Program-made: the position numbers and the translations under genes | Assembly: GCA_963618995.1 (NCBI GenBank) | Contig: CAVEUD010000010.1 | Coordinates: 3,330-67,329 of the forward strand | Reading direction: 5' to 3' | DNA length: 64,000 bases | DNA from: a bacterium | Lineage (GTDB): Bacteria > Synergistota > Synergistia > Synergistales > Synergistaceae | The notes under the pieces: model-generated | Told to the model about the DNA's origin: nothing | Seen by the model: only the letters and a program-made list of their open reading frames with translations | Databases searched by the model: none | Shown here: piece by piece, positions 47,239-57,518 of the stretch | Layout: every line of letters starts with the position of its first letter | Position numbering within the stretch: position 1 is the stretch's first letter

Positions 47239-48699
47239 TTAGTGTATGAACATACTCAGCACGCAGAGGATGACGGAGCCGAAGATCGGAATGAGGAACG
47301 TAGAAACCGACCATGTTTTGAGGCTCGTCTTGATGTCCATGCCGCTGAAGTTCGTGACGACGTGGAAGTAGCTGTCGTTGAGATAGGATGGGCACATCGT
47401 CGTGAGGCAGAGCGCAAGCCCCGCGAGGTACGGGTTGACGCCGAGCGTCGTGAGCATCGGCGCGATGATAGCGGAGCCGGTTATCATCGCCGTCGTGCCG
47501 GAGCCCTGCGGGAAGCGCATGATTACGCCGATGATTATCGGGACTACGATGCCGGGGATTCCAGTCGCTACTATAGCGTCCGCCATAATTTCCGCGGCGC
47601 CGATGGCTTTGATTACGGCGCCGAGCGCGCCGCCCGCCGCCGTAATGAGAGATATCGGTCCCGCGTCTTTACAGGCTTCGTTCATCAGCGCGACGACGGT
47701 CTTGTTGTCCAGGTCTCTGGCAAGGACGAATGCTCCGAGGCAGAGCGAGATGAAAAGCGCGATTACCGGGTTGCCGAGAAATTTGATTGCCGAGGCGAGC
47801 GGCGTAGCGCCGAGCGGAGTCTGCCCGATGAGCGTATTCGCAAGGATTAGCACGACCGGCAGCAGCAGTATCGTGAAGGATATGAAAGCGCCGGGGAGTT
47901 TCTCCGTGCTCAGCAGCTCTTCAAAGTCGCTGTTTTCCAGTTCTTTTTCGGCCTTCATCTTGGCGTCGATTTTGTCGAGGACTTTAAGCTGCGCTTCGGT
48001 GTAGAGAGAGCGGTCGATCTGATAGGGGACGACAAACTTTCCGTCGTATTTTTTGCCGAAGTAACGGAAGACGAACACCGCGAATATGAAGAGCGGTATA
48101 GAAATGAGCAGCCCGTAGATAATGAACATGCCGAGGTCGACGGCGTATCCTTCGCGCTGGAACGTTCCGACGACGGCGAGCGGCCCTGGCGTCGGGGGAA
48201 CCATGAAGTGCGTGATGTAGAGCCCCATGCCGAGGATTCCGCCGAGTCCGACCATCGACTTTTTGGTCAAACGCGAAAATTCCTTCGCGAGCGACGAGAG
48301 GATGACGAATCCGGAGTCGCAGAATACCGGGATGGAGACGACGAAACCGGTGAGGCCAAGGACGATGTCGGCGCGTTTGACTCCGACTATCTTGAGTATC
48401 GTTATCGCCATGCGTTTTGCCGCGCCGCTCTTCTCCAGGAATATTCCCATAATGCAGCCGAAGCCGATGACGATGCCGATGCTGGCCATCGTGCTGCCGA
48501 ATCCGCCTGTTACCGTCGAAACGGCTACCGCGAGGAGATCTCCGCCTTCGTTGCCCGTGCCTATCAGCAGAGAGTCTCCGGCGAGGATGGCGATGAGTAT
48601 CGCCGATATTATCAGCGACGGGAAAGCGTGCATCCTCGTGAATATTACCAGCGCCAGCATTACGATAATTCCTATTGCCATTGCTAAAACAGGACTCAT
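47239..48699 (-). CDS. GntP-family sugar-acid permease
   Basis: MHAF.SL, LEKSGAA.RMA, IPVFCDSGFVIL, VPPTPGP, QGSGTTAM, NDSYF. Confidence 0.92.
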   Translation of the reverse strand: MSPVLAMAIGIIVMLALVIFTRMHAFPSLIISAILIAILAGDSLLIGTGNEGGDLLAVAVSTVTGGFGSTMASIGIVIGFGCIMGIFLEKSGAAKRMAITILKIVGVKRADIVLGLTGFVVSIPVFCDSGFVILSSLAKEFSRLTKKSMVGLGGILGMGLYITHFMVPPTPGPLAVVGTFQREGYAVDLGMFIIYGLLISIPLFIFAVFVFRYFGKKYDGKFVVPYQIDRSLYTEAQLKVLDKIDAKMKAEKELENSDFEELLSTEKLPGAFISFTILLLPVVLILANTLIGQTPLGATPLASAIKFLGNPVIALFISLCLGAFVLARDLDNKTVVALMNEACKDAGPISLITAAGGALGAVIKAIGAAEIMADAIVATGIPGIVVPIIIGVIMRFPQGSGTTAMITGSAIIAPMLTTLGVNPYLAGLALCLTTMCPSYLNDSYFHVVTNFSGMDIKTSLKTWSVSTFLIPIFGSVILCVLSMFIH

Positions 48700-48950
48700 T
48701 ACTTTCAGCTCCTTTTCTCATATGGTGCTTAAAATGTGTAAAAAAGCGCCCGGGCCGAAGCCCGTCTTTCTTATGCAGCCGCATCGCCCAAGGGTCGATT
48801 TCCGCCGCCCCGCGAAAATTTCCGCAGCGGCTCTGCCGTCCGTTGCGCGCCGGCCGCGGCGCATCACTCCGACAGTATCCGCGCGCGGAACTCTTGCGCG
48901 GGGCTTTGAAAAATCTCTGTTCTTCAGACGGCGGCTGTAAAAGCCTTAGA

Positions 48951-50120
48951 TTAAATTACCGGGCCGAGGCAGTGTATGTCTATCGCGCTGAAATACTGTA
49001 TCGCCTCGTTTTTCGTCATCTCGCCGGAGAGAACGCGCAGCAGCTTCGCGAACGCCTCTTCGCCGACCTGCTCTATCGTCTTCTCTCCCGTGATGATGAG
49101 GCCCGCGTTGAGATCCATGTCCTCTTCCATGCGCTTGTAGGTGTTCGGGTTGCCGCATATCTTGACAACCGGCATGCTCGGGAAGCCCTGCGGAGCGCCG
49201 CGCCCCGTGCTGAAGAGCATGAACTGCGCGCCCGCCGCCGCCATTCCCGTCAGAATCTCGGGTTCGCGGCCCGGCGTGTCTTTTATCCATAATCCCTTCT
49301 GCGTCGTCACTATCTGCGGATATTCGAGAACGCCCTGTATCGGGCGGCTGCCGGACTTCATTATCGCGCCGAGGCTCTTTTCCTCTATGCTCGAAAGCCC
49401 GCCTTCGATGTTGCCGGGCGTCGGCTGGCCCTTGCGCATGTCGCAGCCTATCGCCTTCGCGCGGTTTTCCATTTTTTCTACGATTTCGTAAATTTTGTCG
49501 GCGACCTGCTTGTTGACGGCGCGGCGTGCAAGAAGGTGCTCGCCGCCGATGAACTCCGTCGTCTCGCCGAATACGACCGTCGCGCCCATGTCCACGAGTT
49601 TGTCCGCGACGTAGCCGATGACGCAGTTCGAGGCCATGCCGCTCGTCGTGTCCGACGCGCCGCATTTTATCGACATTACGATGTTCGACACGTCGGCGGC
49701 TTCGCGCTGGAGGCCGGAGACTTCGATGACCATGCGGCGCGCGATGTCCGTGCCCGCCTGTATCGCTTTGCTGACTCCGCCGAGCTCCTGAATGTGGATT
49801 ATTTCGACGCGCTTGCCCGTCGCGGCTATCTCGCGCACCATGCGCTCGTGGTCCGTGCCTTCGCAGCCGAGGCTGACGATGAGGACGGCGGCGAGGTTCG
49901 GGCTCTGGCCTAGGCTGATGAGCGTGTCGGTGACGCGCTCAAGATCCGGCGGCATCTGGCAGCAGCCCTGGTGGTGCTGGAACGTGACCGTACCCTGCAC
50001 CTCGCGGCATATCGCGTGCGCCACGTCGTTCGCGCAGGTGACGCTCGGAATTACTCCGACGTAGTTGCGTGAGCCGTATCTTCCGTCGGGGCGCTTGTAT
50101 CCCATAAATTCCATCGTCAT
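48951..50120 (-). CDS. UxaA/GarD/SuyB-family dehydratase, large subunit
   Basis: GY.RPDGR.G.RN, H..GC, SLGCE, KCGASD.TSG, ETTE, PTPGNIEGGLSSIEEKSLG, FSTGRG. Confidence 0.92.
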   Translation of the reverse strand: MTMEFMGYKRPDGRYGSRNYVGVIPSVTCANDVAHAICREVQGTVTFQHHQGCCQMPPDLERVTDTLISLGQSPNLAAVLIVSLGCEGTDHERMVREIAATGKRVEIIHIQELGGVSKAIQAGTDIARRMVIEVSGLQREAADVSNIVMSIKCGASDTTSGMASNCVIGYVADKLVDMGATVVFGETTEFIGGEHLLARRAVNKQVADKIYEIVEKMENRAKAIGCDMRKGQPTPGNIEGGLSSIEEKSLGAIMKSGSRPIQGVLEYPQIVTTQKGLWIKDTPGREPEILTGMAAAGAQFMLFSTGRGAPQGFPSMPVVKICGNPNTYKRMEEDMDLNAGLIITGEKTIEQVGEEAFAKLLRVLSGEMTKNEAIQYFSAIDIHCLGPVI

Positions 50121-50422
50121 TACTCCTTCCAGTCGCCGCGTCCGCGCATGCTGTCGAGGTTGTGGATGTGGACGTACTCGCCTTTTTTGATATCCTTCGT
50201 CGCGATGCCTATCTCTTCTCCGTACTTGAAGATGAGCTCGTCCTTCGCTATGTCGCGCGCCGCGATTTTGTGCCCGTAGGGAACGTCGCCCATGACTTTG
50301 ACTATTTCGCTGTTCCCCTTTTTGTCGCGCACCTCGACCTCCGCGCCGTCCGTTATGCCGTTCGCGAAGATTGTTGCGACGTTGTCCTTGTCGTTGACTT
50401 TAAGCGCAAGTTTCAGCTCCAC
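50120..50422 (-). CDS. UxaA/SuyA-family dehydratase small (SAF domain) subunit
   Basis: DNVA, VPYGHKIA, KYGEEIG.A...I..GEYVHIHN. Confidence 0.92.
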   Translation of the reverse strand: MELKLALKVNDKDNVATIFANGITDGAEVEVRDKKGNSEIVKVMGDVPYGHKIAARDIAKDELIFKYGEEIGIATKDIKKGEYVHIHNLDSMRGRGDWKE

Positions 50423-50438
50423 GCCCGATTCCCCCTTT

Positions 50439-51716
50439 TTATCCCTTTACCGCGAGAACGCTGACGCCGTCTGGAATTACGACGACGCGCGCCTCTTTGC
50501 CTTTGAGGCCGTAGGCTATCTCGAGAGCCTCGTCGGGCGTCGATGCGGGAATCATGTTCGCCTTGCGCACGAGGTCGCGGTCGAGGTAGGTCGTTACCAG
50601 TACCAGCTTATGGCGCTTGAGTATCCTTGAATATATCTGTGCGCACCACTGTTCGGAGATGGACTCCTGCGGAGGAATCTTCGACAGATATGCGTCGATT
50701 TCGTCCACCGTGCCGAGCGTCGCAAGTTTCGCGAAGTTCGTGCCGCCCATGCCGTCGCAGCAGGAGCAGCACATGATGATTACGCCGTCCTCGCCCGCGC
50801 AGGCCTCGGCGGTCGCGACGGCCTTCGGGCTCTGGTAGAGGTTCTGGTCGAGCGGGTAGCCGCCGTTGCTCGTCACGACGATGTCGCCCGTGATGCTCGG
50901 ACACTGGCTTTGCTCGCGGATGAACTTCACGCCCTCGGCGTGCGCCGCCTCGAGGTCGCCCGCCCAGGCCGCGATAATCTTCTTCTCGCCGTCGAGCGCA
51001 ACGTTCATAATGAAGGCCACCTTCGCCGCGCGCGCCGCGTGTACCATGTCGATGTGTATCGGGTTCGTATCTATAACGCCCGCGACTGAGTTCGGGTCGG
51101 CGATGGCCTTGTAGCTGTGGTTTTCGTTGACGGTCGCAGAGTTGCATATTCCTGGCAGGATGCTCTTGCAGCCGCCCGAGAAGCCCGCGAAGAAGTGAGG
51201 CTCGATGAAGCCCTCGGTGACGAGCAGATCGCAGTCGAGCGCAGTCCTGTTGCAGAAAAATTCCGAGCCGCTCGGCAGGTCGCAGACTTTTTCAAAATCC
51301 GCGGGCTCGAAAGCGTTGTTTACGACGATGCGCTCGTTGTCGACGATCGCATCGCCGAACATACGGCGCTGTTCTTCCTCCGTCGTCGGACGGTGCAGCC
51401 CCGTCGCTATGAGTATCGTTATCTCTGCGTCCGGGTTCTCCGCGCGCAGCTCCTCGAGCATAATCGGGAGCGTTATCTTGCTCGGCATAGCGCGCGTGTG
51501 GTCGCTCGTGACGAGCGTAATCTTCTTCTTGCCGCGCGCAAGCTCGCGCAGCCTCGGCGTGCCGACGGGGTTCGCCAGCGCGTCGCGCACGAGCTCAACT
51601 TCGCCCTTTTCGGCCTTGTATTCGTGTATCTTCGCGACTATTTCGGCTTCGAGGTTCTCCTCCGCGACATGCAGGTCGAGCGACGACGTGTAATAGGGAA
51701 TTTTGAAAGTTTTCAT
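50439..51716 (-). CDS. larA: Nickel-pincer (NPN)-dependent lactate racemase family protein (LarA homolog)
   Basis: SDHTR, ATGLHR, EPHFFAGFSGG.KS..PG, GGYPLDQNLYQ..K. Substrate not assignable. Confidence 0.9.
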   Translation of the reverse strand: MKTFKIPYYTSSLDLHVAEENLEAEIVAKIHEYKAEKGEVELVRDALANPVGTPRLRELARGKKKITLVTSDHTRAMPSKITLPIMLEELRAENPDAEITILIATGLHRPTTEEEQRRMFGDAIVDNERIVVNNAFEPADFEKVCDLPSGSEFFCNRTALDCDLLVTEGFIEPHFFAGFSGGCKSILPGICNSATVNENHSYKAIADPNSVAGVIDTNPIHIDMVHAARAAKVAFIMNVALDGEKKIIAAWAGDLEAAHAEGVKFIREQSQCPSITGDIVVTSNGGYPLDQNLYQSPKAVATAEACAGEDGVIIMCCSCCDGMGGTNFAKLATLGTVDEIDAYLSKIPPQESISEQWCAQIYSRILKRHKLVLVTTYLDRDLVRKANMIPASTPDEALEIAYGLKGKEARVVVIPDGVSVLAVKG

Positions 51717-51782
51717 CGGTTTTGGTCTTCCTCCCTGTTTTGTGGTCCGCTTCTCCCTTTTGGGAAATTACATAATGCATGT

Positions 51783-51839
51783 TGTCGACATTATACTTAA
51801 TGACGGCCTCAATATAATCCTCACCGCGCGATGTGTCAA
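51783..51839 (-). promoter_or_regulatory. Promoter and candidate GntR operator for the larA-uxaA-gntP genes
   Basis: Minus-strand TTGACA-17-TATATT (51839-51811); palindrome TGTCGACA at 51783-51790 downstream. Confidence 0.5.
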
Positions 51840-52023
51840 TGCGCAAAACGCAAAACTTCGCGCCGCGCGGATTTTTCGCGAAGAATCAATAATTTTGCCT
51901 AGACGCACGGAAGAATGGAGGACGCGCAAAAACGCCGCCGCTTCCGGAAATTTCGGAAAACGGCGGCGTTTCGCGTTTGCGGCGGAAATTGACCTAACTC
52001 TGGCGCTTTTTAGCTCCGCGCCG

Positions 52024-53379
52024 TCACGCGCGCGCCACGGCCTCTTTTTTTGTAATCACGGCGTAGGCGGCGAAACATATCGCAACGGACAGCAGCGAGC
52101 CTGCCGTAGTGGCCAGCCCCATCGGGAATAGCGTGTCGGCGAAGAGCTTCGAGGTCAGGTAGACGCCTGGGACACGCACGAGAATTATCGAGACGGCGTT
52201 GTGCAGGAACGAGATGCCGGAGCGTCCGCAGGCGCAGAAATATCCGCTGATGCAGAAATGTACGCCTGCAAAAATGCAGTCCCAGACGTAGCCGCGCATG
52301 TACTGCCCGCCGAGGCGCACAACCTCGGCGGAGCCGGGGTTCGCCGGATCTGTGAAAAGCGCGACTGCGGGCTCTGCTGCGAACTGCATCAGCACGGCGA
52401 CCGCGGCGCCGAAGGCGACGGCTATCATAGCGGCGTAGCGTAGCGTGAGCCGCGCGCGCTCCGGTTTGCCCGCGCCGAGGTTCTGTGCGCCAAGCGCGGC
52501 GACGGCTGAGAGCATCGACGACGGCACGAGGAATAGGAAGCTTATTATCTTTTCAACGATGCCGACGGCCGCGGCGTCTGCGAGGCCGCGCATGTTGACG
52601 ATTATCGTAATTATGATGAAGGAAATCTGTATGAAGCCGTCCTGGAGCGTTATCGGGACGCCGATTTTCAGTATCTGCCCCATGACGGAGCGCTTTGGGC
52701 GCAGGTCGCCGCGCGCGACGGAGATTCCGCTTTCGCGGCGCATTATGAAGAAGAGCGCGAGCGCGACGCTCGACGCCTGAGAGAGCGTCGTCGCGATGGC
52801 CGCGCCCTCCGGCCCCATGCCGAGTCCGCCGATGAGAATATAGTCGAGCGCGATGTTCACGGCGCAGGCCGAGGCGATGAAGCACATCGGGCTCTTCGTG
52901 TCGCCAAGGCCGCGGAATATCGAGCTTATGATGTTGTAGGCGGTGATGAACGGTATGCCGGCGAAGCAGATTTTAAGGTAGGCTTCCGTGCCGGCCGCCG
53001 CGCCCGCGGGCGTCGACATGACGGCGATGATTTTATCCGAGCAGGCAAGAAGCGCCGCAGTAAGCACGAGCGACAGTGCCATAAAGAGCGTGATTGTGTT
53101 GCCTATAGCGCAGGCGGCGCGCCCTTGATCCCCCGCCCCGACCGCGCGCCCGATCGTGACCGTCGAGCCCATCGCGAGGCCGACGATCATGACCGTCAGC
53201 ATATGCATGACCTGAGAGCCTATCGCGACCGCGGTGATGTCCGCGACTCCGCGGAACTGTCCTGTGATGAAAAGGTCCGCCATTCCGTAGAGCGTCTGCA
53301 AAAAGTAAGATAAAAGGTAGGGCAGCGAGAATGATACGATATTTTTGAAGACGCCGCCTGTCGTAAGGTTTCTTTCCAT
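52024..53379 (-). CDS. MATE family efflux transporter
   Basis: LQTLYGMADLFI.G, RGLGDTKSP, NIALD, AQNLGAG. Confidence 0.92.
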   Translation of the reverse strand: MERNLTTGGVFKNIVSFSLPYLLSYFLQTLYGMADLFITGQFRGVADITAVAIGSQVMHMLTVMIVGLAMGSTVTIGRAVGAGDQGRAACAIGNTITLFMALSLVLTAALLACSDKIIAVMSTPAGAAAGTEAYLKICFAGIPFITAYNIISSIFRGLGDTKSPMCFIASACAVNIALDYILIGGLGMGPEGAAIATTLSQASSVALALFFIMRRESGISVARGDLRPKRSVMGQILKIGVPITLQDGFIQISFIIITIIVNMRGLADAAAVGIVEKIISFLFLVPSSMLSAVAALGAQNLGAGKPERARLTLRYAAMIAVAFGAAVAVLMQFAAEPAVALFTDPANPGSAEVVRLGGQYMRGYVWDCIFAGVHFCISGYFCACGRSGISFLHNAVSIILVRVPGVYLTSKLFADTLFPMGLATTAGSLLSVAICFAAYAVITKKEAVARA

Positions 53380-53978
53380 TCAAAAATCACCTGGTAAATC
53401 TTATAACAGGAGGGGAGCCGTCGCAAGGAGCGGCGCGCGGCGGATGGAGAATCCGTCGTATGTCCCTCTCCCGTCTCGCATCCGGGGCGAAGGCTCTGCG
53501 CGGCAGCGTTCTCACGGCGGCGCAGTTTTTTGTTTTTGGGCCTGGCGCGCCGATTTTGCGGAGAGCGAAATTTTCGTTTTCCTCCGAGCGCTGTATTTCC
53601 CGTGGAATTTCGCGCGAGCCGTCTTTTGTCCGCGCGACTAAAAAAGCTGCTTTGTCCGCGCGAAACTGACGGAGGCGCAAGCTTTCGCGGCGCGGATGTG
53701 ATATATTTATACATCGTAAAGTTTATGCAACAGTCGCGAAGGACGGTGGAATTGATGACGTGATCATGCGGCGGCAAAATGCACGGGATGCATTATGCGG
53801 ACGCGGGCGTCGTCTTTTCGCGCCGTTTTCGTCTGATTTAGTCGGCACTCCGCTCCGATAACTTCTCCCATGCCACATATTTCCGCCGCGCGCGACTTTC
53901 GCGCGCTGTTTACGCTTGTCGCAATGCGGCATATCGCCGCGCGAAAAAATATATCTATATCAAAGGAGTGCTGTTGTC

Positions 53979-54809
53979 ATGAGAATGAAGAAGTTCGCCC
54001 TTGCGGCGCTGATCTGCCTCTTCGCCGTTTCTGCGGCCGCGGCGGCCCCGCTCGACGCCTTCAAAGGTCAGAAGGGTAAGGTGGACATCGCTGGAGGCAC
54101 CGCGCACATCCCCGTAATGCGGGAGGCTGCAAAGCGCATTATGACCGCTAACCCCGACATACGCATTACTGTCGCTGGCGGCGGCTCTGGCGTCGGAGTG
54201 AAGCAGGTCGGTGAAGGACTTGTCGAGATAGGGAACACCGGGCGTCCTCTGAAAGCCGAAGAGATCAAGAAGTACGGGCTTAAATCTTTCCCGTTCGCCA
54301 TTGACGGCGTCGCGGTAGTCGTGCATCCGTCGAACGCGGTCAGCGAGCTGACCTTCGCGCAGGTAGCGGACATCTACGCCGGCAAGATTACGAACTGGAA
54401 GGAAGTCGGCGGGGCCGACGGGAAGATAAACCTCTACGTCCGCGAAGACGGCAGCGGTACGCGCGAGGTCTTCACCGACAAGGCCATCAAGGGCGGCGAG
54501 GTCGCGGCTTCCGCTAACGTCGTGAACTCGAACGGCGCTATGAAGACCGCCGTCGCGAAGGACGCGAACGCGATAGGCTACGTCGGCATCGGGCACATCG
54601 ACGAATCCGTGAAGGCTCCCAAGCTCGAGGGCATGACCGCGACGCAGGAGAACGCCGCGAACGGAAGCTACACGGTCGTGCGCGACCTATTCATGAACGC
54701 GAAGGGCGACCCGCAGGGGCTGACGGCGCTCTTCATCGACTACATCTATTCGCCCGAGGGCGCGGAGATTATCGCCGACAGCGGCTATATCCCCATCCCG
54801 AAGAAGTAA
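53979..54809 (+). CDS. PstS-like oxyanion ABC substrate-binding protein
   Basis: Signal peptide; GGGSGVG, FAIDG, ITNWKEVGG, REDGSGTR; first motif is atypical (IAGGTAH). Confidence 0.85.
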   Translation: MRMKKFALAALICLFAVSAAAAAPLDAFKGQKGKVDIAGGTAHIPVMREAAKRIMTANPDIRITVAGGGSGVGVKQVGEGLVEIGNTGRPLKAEEIKKYGLKSFPFAIDGVAVVVHPSNAVSELTFAQVADIYAGKITNWKEVGGADGKINLYVREDGSGTREVFTDKAIKGGEVAASANVVNSNGAMKTAVAKDANAIGYVGIGHIDESVKAPKLEGMTATQENAANGSYTVVRDLFMNAKGDPQGLTALFIDYIYSPEGAEIIADSGYIPIPKK

Positions 54810-54864
54810 CGAAATCCGGCGGGGCGCCGGAGTCCCGGCGCTTCGCCTCTACTTTCCGCACGCC

Positions 54865-55707
54865 ATGCGCAATCGTTCCAGATCTCCGTTTCTGCTGAGA
54901 GCCTCCGCCGTCTACGTGACGGCGCTGCTGTCATGCGTTTTCGTCTTTATCATCGTCTGCGCCGCCGACGGTTTCTTTATGGGCGGGCGCGGGCTTTTTA
55001 CCTCCGTTTGGCATCCGGAGGGCAAGCAGTTCGGCATCCTGCCGGTCATGGCTGCGACGGGGGCTCTGTCGCTCTCGTCGCTCGCTCTCGGCTGGCTTGT
55101 GTCGTTCGGCTGCGTCTGCTACATCCACGGCTTCGGCGGGAAGCGCGGCGGCGCGCTGCTCCTGTCGCTGCTGCGCGTGATGACGGCCGTGCCGACCGTT
55201 GTCTACGGCTTCGCATCCGTCTTTCTTCTCGTCCCGATGGTACGCAGCGGCTTCGGCGGCTCGGGACTTTCGTGGCTTACCGCCACGCTTATACTCGCTT
55301 TATTGATAACCCCGACGATGGTGCTCGTCATGGACGGCGCTGTCGAGCAGGCCGTGCGCGAGAGCGGCCTCGCCGCGGCGGCGCTCGGATTCTCCCGCGC
55401 GGAGCATCTCGTCTTCGTCGTCCTGCCATCGTGCAAAGAATGGCTCTGGGGGGCGGCGCTGCTCGGCTTCGGTCGCGCGGCCGGCGACACTATGATCCCG
55501 ACGATGCTCGCGGGCAACGCCGTGCAGTACCCCACATCGCCGCTTAACGCGATACGGACGCTGACGGCGCACATCGGCCTGGTGCTTTCATCCGACGTCG
55601 GCGGCACAGCCTACTATTCGCTGTTCGCGGCTGGCGGCGTGCTCCTCGCGCTCTCCGCGGGGGCGAACCTCGTCTTTCGCGCGATAAGAAAGGATAAAAA
55701 ATCATGA
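54865..55707 (+). CDS. PstC-like ABC permease
   Basis: W.P....FGILP, VPTVVYGF, GFGRAAGDT, RTLTAHI. Confidence 0.85.
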   Translation: MRNRSRSPFLLRASAVYVTALLSCVFVFIIVCAADGFFMGGRGLFTSVWHPEGKQFGILPVMAATGALSLSSLALGWLVSFGCVCYIHGFGGKRGGALLLSLLRVMTAVPTVVYGFASVFLLVPMVRSGFGGSGLSWLTATLILALLITPTMVLVMDGAVEQAVRESGLAAAALGFSRAEHLVFVVLPSCKEWLWGAALLGFGRAAGDTMIPTMLAGNAVQYPTSPLNAIRTLTAHIGLVLSSDVGGTAYYSLFAAGGVLLALSAGANLVFRAIRKDKKS

Positions 55708-56582
55708 AGGCGAAGCTGATTCTCTGCCGCGCGCTCGCTTTTGCGGGGGCGGCCTACGTCGCCGGATGCTGCGGCGCGCTGATTTTCTTCATCGTTAGCC
55801 ATGGGCTGCCAGCGCTCGGGCCGAAACTCTTCTTCGGCGACACTCCGGCGCTTGACGCGATTCTCGGCCTGCGCCCGGTCTGGGGCGGGATATGGCCCGC
55901 GTTTGCCGGTACCCTTTGCCTCGTCGTGCTCACTACGCTGATGGCGGCGCTTCCCGGGATATGCTTCGGCCTCTACCTCGCGCGCTTCGCGAAGGGATGC
56001 GTCAAGGAACGGCTTTCGCTAGGAGTCGATTTGCTTGCGAGCGTGCCGTCGATAGTCATGGGGCTTTTCGGCTTCGTCCTCATCCTTGCGCTGCGCCGCA
56101 CCTTCGCGCCGGAGGCGACGACCTGCATCTTCCTCGCCGCCTTCTGCATGGCGCTGCTCGTCATGCCCTCGCTCGTAGTCAGCACGCGCTCCTCGGTCGA
56201 AAGCCTGCCGCCTTCGCTCTATTTCACGGGCGCGGCGCTCGGCCTCTCCGAAGGGCAGATACTCCGGCGCCTGCTAGCCCCCGCCGCCGCGCGCGGAATT
56301 CTCGGCGGCCTCATGCTCGCGATGGGGCGCGCCGCGGAGGACACGGCGGTCATAATGTTGACGGGCGTGGTCGTAAATTCCGGAATGCCCGCGGGGCTCG
56401 GCGCTAAGTTCGAGGCCCTGCCTTTTCTCATATATTACACGGCGGCGCAGTACATGGACGAAAGCGAGCTGCTGCGCGGATTCGGCGCGGCGCTCATGCT
56501 GCTCATGCTCTCCGCGGCGCTCATGGGCGCCGCGTGGCTCTGCCAGAGAAGCATGGAACGCCGCTGGAAGGGTATAAGGTGA
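55704..56582 (+). CDS. PstA-like ABC permease
   Basis: GGIWPA..GT, LASVPSIVMGLFG, MGRAAEDTA. Confidence 0.85.
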   Translation: MKAKLILCRALAFAGAAYVAGCCGALIFFIVSHGLPALGPKLFFGDTPALDAILGLRPVWGGIWPAFAGTLCLVVLTTLMAALPGICFGLYLARFAKGCVKERLSLGVDLLASVPSIVMGLFGFVLILALRRTFAPEATTCIFLAAFCMALLVMPSLVVSTRSSVESLPPSLYFTGAALGLSEGQILRRLLAPAAARGILGGLMLAMGRAAEDTAVIMLTGVVVNSGMPAGLGAKFEALPFLIYYTAAQYMDESELLRGFGAALMLLMLSAALMGAAWLCQRSMERRWKGIR

Positions 56583-56588
56583 CGAAAT

Positions 56589-57350
56589 TTGGAAAACTGC
56601 GCTGAAATAAAAGACCTGCGAGTATCGTTCAACGGCGCGGAGGTGCTGCACGGCGTCACGGCGGACTTCCCGCGACGCGGCGTCTCGGTGCTGCTCGGGC
56701 GTTCCGGCTCAGGCAAATCGACGCTGCTGCGCTCGCTTAACAGGCTCAACGAATGCTTCGACGGCTACGAGGGAAGCGGAAGCGTGAAGTTGCTGATAAA
56801 CGGCGAAATGACGGAAATCTACGGCGATTCCGCGCCCGACCCCGCCGCGGTGCGCCGCAGGGCCGGAACGGTCTTTCAGGTGCCGAACCCGTTGCCGCTC
56901 TCGCTGCGCAAAAACATAACGCTGCCGCTCGAGCTGACGCTCGGGCTCAAAAAACGCGAGACCGAGGAACGCATGGAGCGCAGCCTGCGCCGCGCCGGCC
57001 TCTGGGACGAGGTCAAGGAACGCCTCAACGACGCGGCATCCGGCTTCTCAGGCGGACAGCAGCAAAGGATATGCCTCGCGCGCACGCTTGCGCTCGAGCC
57101 CGACATCCTGCTGCTCGACGAGCCGACCGCCTCGCTCGACCGCCGTTCGGCGGACACCATTGAAACCCTGCTCGAAGAGCTGCGCGAGACGGTTCCCATA
57201 ATAATGGTCTCTCACAGTCTTCCGCAGGCGCTCCGCCTAGCCGCGCGCTTCTTCGTCATGAGCGAGGGAGAAATCGTGAAAACCATGACGCGCGACGAAA
57301 TTCCCTCCGGAGAGGAAGAAGGCGAAAAATTCCTCGAAAGCCTGCTCTAG
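56589..57350 (+). CDS. PstB-like ABC ATPase
   Basis: GRSGSGKSTLLR.LNR, VFQ.PNP, FSGGQQQR.C.AR, LLDEPT.SLD. Confidence 0.88.
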   Translation: MENCAEIKDLRVSFNGAEVLHGVTADFPRRGVSVLLGRSGSGKSTLLRSLNRLNECFDGYEGSGSVKLLINGEMTEIYGDSAPDPAAVRRRAGTVFQVPNPLPLSLRKNITLPLELTLGLKKRETEERMERSLRRAGLWDEVKERLNDAASGFSGGQQQRICLARTLALEPDILLLDEPTASLDRRSADTIETLLEELRETVPIIMVSHSLPQALRLAARFFVMSEGEIVKTMTRDEIPSGEEEGEKFLESLL

Positions 57351-57433
57351 CCGAAATTGCGCGCGCAGCGGAAATTTTATCCGCAGCGAGCGTTTTGCGA
57401 TTATTAAAATTTTTCCTCGAACGCGCACAATTT

Positions 57434-57465
57434 TTAATGATTTTCTAATATTTCAAAGCTATACT
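57434..57465 (+). promoter_or_regulatory. OmpR-type direct-repeat box plus -10, copy 1
   Basis: TTAATGATTTTCTAATA-9 nt-TATACT; same layout at 58140. Confidence 0.7.
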
Positions 57466-57518
57466 TATCCCAGAAAGATTTCAGAGAAGAAATCGAGAGA
57501 AAACGAGGAGGAAACGGA

